From a virus (lineage: Duplodnaviria; Caudoviricetes), in the IMG/VR virus record IMGVR_UViG_3300028594_000053, positions 1 through 24,529 of that record: a stretch of DNA of 24,529 bases, one strand, 5' to 3'. Position numbers and translations under genes: made by a program. The notes beneath the pieces are model-generated. The model was not told the origin of the DNA, ran no database searches, and saw nothing but the letters and a program-made list of their open reading frames with translations. Position 1 is the first letter of the stretch. Each line of letters begins with the position of its first letter. This document shows positions 7,941-16,614 of the stretch, piece by piece.

Positions 7941-8310
7941 GAATATAGGCTATAAACGGCCCGATTCGGAAGCATCAGACAAACGCACGCCGACCACTTT
8001 TTACAGCCCAGCGAAGGAAAGTTTTATCCCAACCGGTAACACGGAAGGGGAAGAACTTTTCTTTTGTATGGCTGAACTTTACCAATCGTCAATGAAAGAT
8101 TATGAAACGCTAGACACAACCGGCTTAGAAGCCGCGGTCACGATTCTTATATATAACCCGATTCCGGACTATACGCCCGATAATACGCATTATTTCATTG
8201 TGGACGAAGCGCTTTATATAAATAAAAAGTTTGAAATCCAAACCATCGCGCCAAACGGTCCAGGTGAGATAAAGATAGTAGGTGCAGCCTATGGCCAATA
8301 TCGAAGTTAA
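7933..8310 (+). CDS. Head-tail adaptor / head closure protein
   Basis: Size and synteny; ATG 7933 after AAAGCGGTGAGG is the more plausible start than GTG 7924. Confidence 0.65.
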   Translation: MVRNIGYKRPDSEASDKRTPTTFYSPAKESFIPTGNTEGEELFFCMAELYQSSMKDYETLDTTGLEAAVTILIYNPIPDYTPDNTHYFIVDEALYINKKFEIQTIAPNGPGEIKIVGAAYGQYRS

Positions 8311-8701
8311 AGGTACCGACGCAGTGCTGAAAGAAATCGAAAAGAAATTCGGTAACAAACATATGCGAAGGCTTAGCGATAGAGCGCTGAAAAAAGCCGC
8401 TGAAATGTTCTTAACCGAGTTGAAACGAGCAATCGGCGCGGTGCCTGGTAAGTATAGAACGGGCGCGACGGAAGCGGAAGCAGAACTCGCCGGGCCGAAA
8501 ACCGGCAAGAACGGCGAACGCTATTATGTTGTGCAGTGGCGCGGTAAAGATAATCGTTATCGTTTAATACACATTAACGAGTTCGGCACTGTTAAGAATC
8601 CGAATCCGCCGCTTAAAGGTGCAATCGCGAAAACGATTAAAAATATTGAAAAACGATATTTCAAGACAATCAAAAGAGAACTAGAAAAGGGGGCGGCATG
8701 A
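8291..8701 (+). CDS. HK97 gp10-like tail completion protein
   Basis: IEVKG start, RALKKAAE, TGAT, RYRLIHINEFG motifs; ATG 8291. Confidence 0.75.
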   Translation: MANIEVKGTDAVLKEIEKKFGNKHMRRLSDRALKKAAEMFLTELKRAIGAVPGKYRTGATEAEAELAGPKTGKNGERYYVVQWRGKDNRYRLIHINEFGTVKNPNPPLKGAIAKTIKNIEKRYFKTIKRELEKGAA

Positions 8702-9099
8702 TGCGCGAGATTATCAGAAACGCCCTATTAGAAAATGCAGTAATAAAAAACCTTGTGGACGAAGCGAACTTCTACACATACCGCGTACCCGAACAAAGCG
8801 CGATGCAACGCGATATTATCATTTACATTGATATGTTAGATGTCCCGATGCCTTATCTATATTACGACGGTGAGGCACACACGGAAGAACATTTAACTCA
8901 AATCGCAGTTTTTGCGCCAGCGGCCAGTTATAACGATTGGCTTAAGGTTAACGCAGCGATTCGCGACGTAATGCTGAATCGTTTCAGATGGAAAGTGCGC
9001 GGCGGTGTGGACGAGTTCGACGACGAATATAAGGTCTTTCATTATGCGCAAAGATTCGAAGGAACATATAAAAAAGGAGTAGATAAATTATGGCAGTAA
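8698..9099 (+). CDS. Putative tail terminator / tail-to-head joining protein
   Basis: 133 aa directly upstream of the major tail gene; C-terminal AQRFEG; assigned mostly by synteny. Confidence 0.6.
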   Translation: MMREIIRNALLENAVIKNLVDEANFYTYRVPEQSAMQRDIIIYIDMLDVPMPYLYYDGEAHTEEHLTQIAVFAPAASYNDWLKVNAAIRDVMLNRFRWKVRGGVDEFDDEYKVFHYAQRFEGTYKKGVDKLWQ

Positions 9100-9764
9100 A
9101 ACATGCAAACGCGCCGAAGGCGTTCGTTAACGTGAGAAATGTTGGATTTGCGAAAATTGAAGAATCAAACGAAAGAGGGACAGAATACGGCGACGCACTA
9201 TTAACTCGCGGTGTCAAATCCGTTTCAAGTGAATCAAGTGGGGAACCGAAAGTCGCTTACGCTGACGGTATGGAAATTGAATCCGGCCGAAGCAACGGAC
9301 AAAGAACAATCAGTCTATTAATGCACGCGTTCGGTCCGGAAGTATCAGAACTATTATTCGGTCAAGAACCGGACGAAGACGGCATCGTGCCGGAACTTAA
9401 AAATCAAACATTGACAGAAGTTGCTTTTTGGTTCAAACACGAACGCAAAGACGGAACATTCAAACTTTACGGATTCCCACGCGTTGTATTTAACGAGCCA
9501 AACAGTGAAGCCCAACAGGAAGAAGACGACTACGAATGGACAGAAGAAACTTCCGAAGGAATCGCAATGTTTAGACTTAATGATGAAACACGTCGTTTTG
9601 TTTATGATTCCGCTTCTGAAAATGGTTCAGTCGAAGCGTTCTTAAGAAAACTATTAGGCGAAGACTACGACATCGCAGAAATTGTGGACAACTTAACAAC
9701 AGTTGGCAGCACTAGCGGCGATGGCACAGCAGAGCCAGGCGCAGGCGAGACAGACACGCCCTAA
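9090..9764 (+). CDS. Major tail tube protein (phi13 family)
   Basis: MAVKHANAPKA start, TRGV, AYADG..IESG, LLMHAF, WFKHERKDGTF; ends GAC ACG CCC TAA. Confidence 0.92.
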   Translation: MAVKHANAPKAFVNVRNVGFAKIEESNERGTEYGDALLTRGVKSVSSESSGEPKVAYADGMEIESGRSNGQRTISLLMHAFGPEVSELLFGQEPDEDGIVPELKNQTLTEVAFWFKHERKDGTFKLYGFPRVVFNEPNSEAQQEEDDYEWTEETSEGIAMFRLNDETRRFVYDSASENGSVEAFLRKLLGEDYDIAEIVDNLTTVGSTSGDGTAEPGAGETDTP

Positions 9765-9816
9765 TGAACCCCAACCAATTGGGGAAGCTAGAATCGGCGA
9801 CAACTTCATAATTTAA
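9759..9816 (+). other. Predicted +1 programmed frameshift at CCC-TAA adding NEPQPIGEARIGDNFII to the major tail protein
   Basis: CCC 9759-9761, TAA 9762-9764; +1 frame open to TAA 9814-9816, ending where the terminator begins. Confidence 0.8.
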
Positions 9817-9845
9817 GGTGTAGATATTTTTCTACACCTTTTTTT
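9815..9845 (+). terminator. Intrinsic terminator after major tail gene
   Basis: AAGGTGTAGA-TATTTT-TCTACACCTT followed by a T run. Confidence 0.85.
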
Positions 9846-9896
9846 ATTTGTATTCATATTATTTAAAAATTCAGATAACAAAAGGAGTAATTAAGA

Positions 9897-10259
9897 ATGA
9901 GTAAATTATCAAGAAACTATATCCAATTAGTAAAGAATATTGACGAGGTACAAAAGGAAAATGCGGAACCGATTTTCGACACTTATATCACACCGCACTT
10001 TATCCCGTTCCGTTTGGTCTATTCTTCATTAGACACATTAGCAAAAGCAGACGACCCGGACACGCCAGAATCAGAAGCTCTTAACGTATTAATGGACATG
10101 GTGACAGAAATTTATAACGGCCAGTTCAAACGTGAAGACATTATCGACCGTCTACACTCACCGGACGCAGTAACAGAATTACGCGAACAAGTTGAGTTTG
10201 TCGCACAAGGCAAGATGGACGAAGAAAGAAAAAAGAAACTGGACAAGATGCTGAAATAA
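9897..10259 (+). CDS. Tail assembly chaperone (gpG-like)
   Basis: Between major tail and tape measure genes; YITPHFIPF, IYNGQF, RLHSPDA; slippery A AAA AAG near the 3' end. Confidence 0.88.
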   Translation: MSKLSRNYIQLVKNIDEVQKENAEPIFDTYITPHFIPFRLVYSSLDTLAKADDPDTPESEALNVLMDMVTEIYNGQFKREDIIDRLHSPDAVTELREQVEFVAQGKMDEERKKKLDKMLK

Positions 10260-10462
10260 GTAATCAAACGCCGATGACTTATCAAGACATGATAGACGAT
10301 ATGCGGGAGGTCGTGCGCGACCTTGTAAATGAAGGGAAGGACATCAACGAAGTTTTAGACATGCCCTTCCATTTCTTAGTTGACGTTATCAAAGATAAGA
10401 AGAAACGCATTAACATCGTCGATGATGATGCAGCGGCAGAACGCATACTTGACAAGATGTAA
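10229..10462 (+). CDS. gpT part of gpGT chaperone, reached by -1 frameshift at A AAA AAG (10229-10235)
   Basis: -1 frame reads ETGQDAEISNQTP without a stop into ORF 10274-10462 (GKDINEVLDMPFHF); no SD before ATG 10274. Confidence 0.85.
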   Translation, partial: KKETGQDAEISNQTPMTYQDMIDDMREVVRDLVNEGKDINEVLDMPFHFLVDVIKDKKKRINIVDDDAAAERILDKM

Positions 10463-10486
10463 ATAATTCAGAAAGGAGGTAAGCAC

Positions 10487-13400
10487 ATGGCCAATAGTAT
10501 AACCGGCTTAAGTATTAAGTTAGATATGGACTACGCCAATGTAACCAAAGGCGCGAAGCAAGTTAAAAGTGAAATATCCACAATTAACTCGGAAATGCGG
10601 AAAAATATGTCCGTGTTTGATAGAGCCGAAAGGTCCACAGCGAAATATGAAACGCGCTTAACAGGTCTTGAAAAGAAACTTGACGCACAAGGCCGCGCAG
10701 TAGATAACGCCCGGGATAAATACGAGCTGATGGTCGAAGCGCACGGCGAATCGTCCGAGGAGGCACAAAAAGCACTTAGAGCGCTGAACAATCAAGAGGC
10801 GCAATATAACAACCTTAGCCGTGTCGTCGAAAGTGCGCGTCAAGATTTAGCGAACTTCAATAAAGAACAGCGAATCGCTAATTCTTCGTGGACGAAAATT
10901 GGTAAACAATTAGACGTTACCGGCGACAAGATTATCGGCGTGGGAACTAAGATGCAAAGCGTTGGTTCTACATTGACACGTTCTATCACTGTACCAGTAG
11001 CCGGGGCCGTTGCTGCCGTTGGAACACTAACAGCCGCATTTGGCTGGGATAGATTAGTCGGCCTAGATAGCGCACAAGCGCAATTGAAAGGGCTGGGCTA
11101 TTCGACCGAAGAAGTTGGTCGAATATCTGAACAAGTCACAAGCGCGATTGAAGGCGGTATGACTACAATGGCCGAAGGTACTTCGGTCGCTGCCGGTGCG
11201 CTTGCTGCTGGTGTGGAAGAAGGCGCGGAACTAGAGCGCTATATCAAGCTAGTCGGTGACGCCGCCGTCGGTGCGAATCGTCCCGTTTCTGATATGGCCA
11301 TGATATTCAACCGTGTACAAGGTTCCGGTAAACTGATGACCGAAAATCTTAACATGATTGAGGAAGGTATGCCGGGATTCTCGAACGCGATGGCCGAACA
11401 TTATGGCGTAAGTCAAGAAGCCTTTCGTGAGATGGTGACAAACGGTGAAGTCGACGCTGCGACCTTCCTAGACGTTATGGAAGGATTCGCCGGCGGTATG
11501 GCTGGCGCTTATTCTGAATCATTCGCCGGTATGGTCGATAATACTAAAGCGTATGTCGGTATCATTGGCGAGAACATTCTCGGCGGTGTATTCCAAGAAT
11601 CGAAATCCGCAATCGCTGACTTTATCGAAGTCTTAAAGTCCGAAGCGGTTATTTCTTGGGCGCAGCGTACTGGTGAAGTCATTGGTGAAGCCTTTACGAA
11701 GGTAGTTAACGCGATTCGTTCGGCGGTTACATGGTTCGTTAACTTAGACGGTAGTCAACAGAAACTTATCGGCAGTCTTGTCGGCATAGCCGTCGCAGCT
11801 GGTCCCGTCTTATCTATAGCCGGTGGCCTTGCGATTAAGTTTGGCGCATTGCTTAAGATTGTGTCCCCGTTATTCCTTGCCATTGGTAAGGGCGGACTAG
11901 GTGGCGCAATTGCAGCACTTGCGAAGCGATTTAGTTTCCTATTTGGACCAATCGGAATCACAATCGGCGTAATTACAACATTGATTGGTGTATTCACGAC
12001 CGCTTATGCGAAGTCTGAATCATTCCGTAATATTGTAAATAGTTTAGTTGAACGATTCGTTTCGTTTATTCCGACAATCGTCCAATTTGCGCAATCGATT
12101 TATAATAATTTCATGAATATAATCACCCCGGCAATTAACGCGGTCCGTGATTTCTTTATAGATATGTTCATGAAGATTCGCCAGTTTTGGGAACAAGACG
12201 GCGCGCAAGTAATGGAAGCAATAAAAAACGCAATTAATGTTATACATGGCATCGTTTCCGCAGTTATGCCAGTCATCACCACGATAATTGGAACGGCCTT
12301 TAAGTTAGTTCTAAAAATCGTGACTATGGTGTGGGAAAACATAAAAGGCGTGATTCAAGGCGGACTTAACGTAATCATAGGCGGCGTTAAAATATTCACC
12401 GGTATATTTACCGGCGACTTCTCGAAAATGTGGGAAGGTGTCAAACAAATATTTAGCGGCGCGATTGAGTTTATTTGGAACTTATTCCAACTTATGTTTT
12501 GGGGCCGTATTGTCAAAGGCATTACATCACTTGTTAAAACAGCACTCGCACTATTTAACGGCTTAAGACAGAACGCAGTCGGCATATTCCGCGCATTGTG
12601 GGACACAGCGGCCACAATTTGGGGAATGATAAGCAAGTCGATTGTCGGATTCGTCAAAGGCATATTCAACAGTGCGAAAACGATATTTACGACCATGTGG
12701 ACGACAATAAGAAATATATTCACTGGAATATTAAATACTGGCCGCACGATTTGGACAACGTTCTCGAATGTGACGCGTTCAATTTTTGGCGCGATTCGTT
12801 CGTTCATGTCCAACATATGGCAGAATATTTGGCGCGCAGTAACCACTACCGCTAAGTCATTGTGGGCAGTTGTCCGCGGTATTTGGAATGTATTCTTAAG
12901 TGTCACACGTACAATCTTTAATACAGTTTGGCGTGTAATGAGTTCTATATTCCGAGGTATTTGGCGCACGGTTTCAAATATCGTTAAAAGTTTATGGAAC
13001 GCGGTTAAAGCGGTTTGGTTAACATTCCGCACAACGACAAATAATATATTCCGTTCACTATGGAATACCCTTCGAATGATTTTCCGTAATATCTATAATT
13101 CTGTATCTACTACCGTTAAGAATCTATGGTCAAGTGTTCGTGGTACTTGGAATACATTTAGTAGCACTACAGGTCGAATTTTTGGCCGAGTGAAAGACAC
13201 CTTAACGCGTACATGGAATAGTATTAAAGATTCAGTAACGAAAATCGTCGATAAATTGTGGTCTAGCGTCAAAGGTACATTCGATACAATGAAAAACGGT
13301 ATTTCAAATATTATTGAATCCATCACGGAAAAAATCGGCGACATGGTCGACGCCGTGAAAAAAGGAATCAATAAACTAATTGAAGGTATTAACTGGGTAG

Positions 13401-15097
13401 CTGAAAAGATTGGCATGGATTCATTGCCGAAGATTAAACTATCCACTGGTACACAACAGATTAACCGCCGAGTGTCTACCACATACGACGGCCGACTTAA
13501 AGAAGGCACATTCGCCACTGTGGGCGACCGTGGTCCAGGAAACGGCCCAGGTGGTTATCGTAATGAACTGATTGAATATCCAAACGGAAAAATCGCGATG
13601 ACACCTAATAAAGACACGATGACATATCTACCACGCGGCGCACGCGTAATCAATGGTAGAGATACACACGCGATTATGAACGCGCCACGTTACAGTCGAG
13701 GCACTGGCTTAGGTGAGTTTATCGGTAATACCGCGAGCAAAGCCTGGGAAGGTGCGAAAGACTTAGGTAGCAAAGCGATGGAAAAAGTTGGCGACGTTTG
13801 GGACTATGCAACAAACCCGGGCAAACTTGTCGATAAAGTTATCGATTCCTTTGGATTCAATTTCGACTTTGCCAAAGGTAGCTTAATCAAAGATTTGCTT
13901 GATACAGCCTACAAGAAACTTAAAGACGGCGTTAAGAATCTATTCACCGGCTGGTTTGAAGAAGCTGGCAGTGGTGACGGTTCGTCCTTCACTAAGTTTA
14001 GAGTGACAACGCCTTACAGCCCGAATAGTCCCGTTCCTGGTTATCCGAGGGACTTCAACAACGGTCATCACTACGGAATCGACTACGCAACGCCAACCGG
14101 TACAACATTAACCGCAACAAACAGCGGACAAGTAACAAAACTTAATGATGTCGGCGGCGGTCTAGTTGCTAGATTGATAAGTGGTAAATTTACTCAATTC
14201 TTCATGCACTTATCAGACATTCTTAAGACTGGCCGAGTTGAACAAGGTGAAGCCTTCGCAAAAACTGGTAATAGTGGTAAATGGACAACAGGTCCACACC
14301 TTCACTATCAAGTAGAGAAGGGTAATTCACAATACGTTACGAATAAGAACACCGTCGACCCGGACGAATACTTATCCGGTGGCGGTGCTGGCGGTGCTGC
14401 GAAAGCCGCAGGCGCTTGGCGTCCACAAGTTGTCGCAGCGCTTAAGAAAAACGGTTTGCCAACGACTAAGCCTTATGTCGATGCATGGATTCGTCAAATC
14501 GACACAGAATCCAGTGGGAACGCGCGAGCGGTTCAAAGCATCATAGACATTAACAGCGGCGGAAATGAAGCGCGTGGCTTAGTCCAAGTGATACCGCCAA
14601 CGTTCAATGCTTACAAGCATAGCGGCATGACTAACATCATGAACCCGCTTCACAACTTAGTCGCTGGTATGAACTACGCTAAAAGCCGTTATGGTCGCAG
14701 CGGTATGCTAAGCGTAATCGGTAAAGGTCACGGTTACGAAAAAGGTGGAATCCTTCAAAAAGAAGGCTTATTCCTCGGTGCAGAAGGTAACAAAGAAGAA
14801 GTTGTTATCCCGCTTCACCAACCAAGTGAAGCGATGCAGTTATTTAGCTATGTCGCTGACAGATTACGCGGACAAGGCACACAGACGAAAAACATTCCAA
14901 GCCGTCCACAAGGCGGTCAAGGATTCCAAGCTGTGGAAGAAAAACTCGATACACTTATCGAACTTATGAGCCAGTTCGTCAATGGTGGCATGTCGTTTGA
15001 AATGAACGGCCGAGAAGTTGCCAAGCAGACTTATAAAGATATTGATGACATGATTCAATATAGCAACCGCAGACGTAACAGATTTAATAAAAATTAA
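10487..15097 (+). CDS. Tape measure protein with M23 peptidase and lytic transglycosylase domains
   Basis: 1536 aa; Trp/Phe periodic repeats; HYGIDY...HLS...TGPHLHY (M23); ESSGN...ARGLVQV...AKSRYG (SLT). Confidence 0.96.
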   Translation: MANSITGLSIKLDMDYANVTKGAKQVKSEISTINSEMRKNMSVFDRAERSTAKYETRLTGLEKKLDAQGRAVDNARDKYELMVEAHGESSEEAQKALRALNNQEAQYNNLSRVVESARQDLANFNKEQRIANSSWTKIGKQLDVTGDKIIGVGTKMQSVGSTLTRSITVPVAGAVAAVGTLTAAFGWDRLVGLDSAQAQLKGLGYSTEEVGRISEQVTSAIEGGMTTMAEGTSVAAGALAAGVEEGAELERYIKLVGDAAVGANRPVSDMAMIFNRVQGSGKLMTENLNMIEEGMPGFSNAMAEHYGVSQEAFREMVTNGEVDAATFLDVMEGFAGGMAGAYSESFAGMVDNTKAYVGIIGENILGGVFQESKSAIADFIEVLKSEAVISWAQRTGEVIGEAFTKVVNAIRSAVTWFVNLDGSQQKLIGSLVGIAVAAGPVLSIAGGLAIKFGALLKIVSPLFLAIGKGGLGGAIAALAKRFSFLFGPIGITIGVITTLIGVFTTAYAKSESFRNIVNSLVERFVSFIPTIVQFAQSIYNNFMNIITPAINAVRDFFIDMFMKIRQFWEQDGAQVMEAIKNAINVIHGIVSAVMPVITTIIGTAFKLVLKIVTMVWENIKGVIQGGLNVIIGGVKIFTGIFTGDFSKMWEGVKQIFSGAIEFIWNLFQLMFWGRIVKGITSLVKTALALFNGLRQNAVGIFRALWDTAATIWGMISKSIVGFVKGIFNSAKTIFTTMWTTIRNIFTGILNTGRTIWTTFSNVTRSIFGAIRSFMSNIWQNIWRAVTTTAKSLWAVVRGIWNVFLSVTRTIFNTVWRVMSSIFRGIWRTVSNIVKSLWNAVKAVWLTFRTTTNNIFRSLWNTLRMIFRNIYNSVSTTVKNLWSSVRGTWNTFSSTTGRIFGRVKDTLTRTWNSIKDSVTKIVDKLWSSVKGTFDTMKNGISNIIESITEKIGDMVDAVKKGINKLIEGINWVAEKIGMDSLPKIKLSTGTQQINRRVSTTYDGRLKEGTFATVGDRGPGNGPGGYRNELIEYPNGKIAMTPNKDTMTYLPRGARVINGRDTHAIMNAPRYSRGTGLGEFIGNTASKAWEGAKDLGSKAMEKVGDVWDYATNPGKLVDKVIDSFGFNFDFAKGSLIKDLLDTAYKKLKDGVKNLFTGWFEEAGSGDGSSFTKFRVTTPYSPNSPVPGYPRDFNNGHHYGIDYATPTGTTLTATNSGQVTKLNDVGGGLVARLISGKFTQFFMHLSDILKTGRVEQGEAFAKTGNSGKWTTGPHLHYQVEKGNSQYVTNKNTVDPDEYLSGGGAGGAAKAAGAWRPQVVAALKKNGLPTTKPYVDAWIRQIDTESSGNARAVQSIIDINSGGNEARGLVQVIPPTFNAYKHSGMTNIMNPLHNLVAGMNYAKSRYGRSGMLSVIGKGHGYEKGGILQKEGLFLGAEGNKEEVVIPLHQPSEAMQLFSYVADRLRGQGTQTKNIPSRPQGGQGFQAVEEKLDTLIELMSQFVNGGMSFEMNGREVAKQTYKDIDDMIQYSNRRRNRFNKN

Positions 15098-15113
15098 TAA
15101 AGAGGTGTGATAA

Positions 15114-16598
15114 ATGGCAGTAAGAAGACTTGAAATCAATGGCCATAGCCTCAATCAACTATATGTAACAGGGGATTTTATAATCCCCTCTTTTAATGTT
15201 GAAACAGAAATACAGGAGGTTAAAGGACGGCCAGGCGCTATAAAACGCCGTCGCAATATCAAGCCTTACACGTTTGATATTGAAGTGATATATAGTAACC
15301 GAGATAACTCGTTAACTGGTAAAGAAATATTAGATAAGGTCGTCGACTTTGTGAATCATGGCGACGATGAAGCAAGAATCAGAATCACGGACCAGGACTT
15401 CTTTTGGTATGGCTATATTGACGGACCTATAGAGATGCCAACACTGGTCAATGGATATGCTGAATTTACGCTTACAATCGTCTTGACGGACCCTTATAAA
15501 TATTCTAATGCGATATACAAAAATACAGCAATCGCGGACAGTGTCGACGTGGTAAACGAAGGGACAGCAGCCACAGACTTCACAATCGAAGCGACCGCCT
15601 TAGAACCTTCCACCATGTTCATGGTGTCGAAAGGTGTGGAAGACTATTTCATGATAGGGCAACCCGAAGACGCATTAAAGGCAACAGTCAACGCGTCACC
15701 GTATGTTATTAAAGACCATATGACGAACATAGTCCCGTGGACAACCATACAGACGGGGCGCATTGATGACATTGTCACAGGTGGTACGGTCAAAGGTCGA
15801 TTCGATACTGGCGGGCAAGGCTCGAACTTCCGAGCCTTCGACTATGGCCAGCCGGACAATAACCGAGAATGGCACGGACCCGGAATCATGCGCTCGTTAT
15901 CTGACACGGTCGAAGATTTTAGCGCAATCGCTAAGATTAAGTTGTTTGACCGTGGGACAGGTGTCGGAAAAGGATTTGTTCATTTAGTAGACGAAGCGGG
16001 GAAGTTAGTTTGTTCGTTCGGTTTATTAGATGGCCACCAATCATATAGTCGCGTTCGTTTTGTCGTAAGATTGTATGATGCATACGGCACACCGACACAG
16101 ATATTAGATTATCCAGGGGCTTCAAGTGCAGCGTATAAAGACGACTTTATATTCTGTAAGGTCGTAAGACGTGGCGAAGTGTTCGAGTTGTATACTTGGA
16201 AGAACTTCAAAGACGAGAACGGAAGAATCCGCATCGGTTCAAGATATAACACAACATTCACAGACAAAGACCATAAGTTCCAGCAACCAATTAGACAGAT
16301 TTACTTGTACGCGGCCACATATAGCCGATATGACACGTTACCGGTTTACTTCGACTATTTGGGCCTAGTGAATTTAAAAGGCGCTGACGACGACGAAACA
16401 CCCCTTATATTGCAACCTGGGGACGTGGTCAATGTTGATTCGAAAAGTAACGTTGTCACAATCAACGATGAACCAAGAACAGACTTAAAAGATTTTGCAA
16501 GTAATTATTTTAGTTTAGAGCCGGGCTTATCCACATTGTTGGTAGAGCCACAAGAAACTTTTGATACGACGATTCGCTGGTTCGATAAATACTTATAA
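15114..16598 (+). CDS. Distal tail protein (Dit) with large central insertion
   Basis: EVKGRPGA, FWYG, LTDPYKY, VNEGTA, WHGP, YFSLEPG motifs; follows tape measure. Confidence 0.88.
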   Translation: MAVRRLEINGHSLNQLYVTGDFIIPSFNVETEIQEVKGRPGAIKRRRNIKPYTFDIEVIYSNRDNSLTGKEILDKVVDFVNHGDDEARIRITDQDFFWYGYIDGPIEMPTLVNGYAEFTLTIVLTDPYKYSNAIYKNTAIADSVDVVNEGTAATDFTIEATALEPSTMFMVSKGVEDYFMIGQPEDALKATVNASPYVIKDHMTNIVPWTTIQTGRIDDIVTGGTVKGRFDTGGQGSNFRAFDYGQPDNNREWHGPGIMRSLSDTVEDFSAIAKIKLFDRGTGVGKGFVHLVDEAGKLVCSFGLLDGHQSYSRVRFVVRLYDAYGTPTQILDYPGASSAAYKDDFIFCKVVRRGEVFELYTWKNFKDENGRIRIGSRYNTTFTDKDHKFQQPIRQIYLYAATYSRYDTLPVYFDYLGLVNLKGADDDETPLILQPGDVVNVDSKSNVVTINDEPRTDLKDFASNYFSLEPGLSTLLVEPQETFDTTIRWFDKYL

Positions 16599-16614
16599 AA
16601 GGTGGTGAAATGGA

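Noticed and set aside
7291-9767. Stop read-through or -1 shift as alternatives at the CCC-TAA sites
   Set aside because: Frame 0 after the tail stop is immediately TGA; the -1 frames give unrelated peptides. Only +1 gives a shared sequence.
12300-13300. Periodic repeats in the tape measure gene as a special repeat element
   Set aside because: Ordinary Trp/Phe-spaced tape measure protein repeats with no exact DNA repeat.
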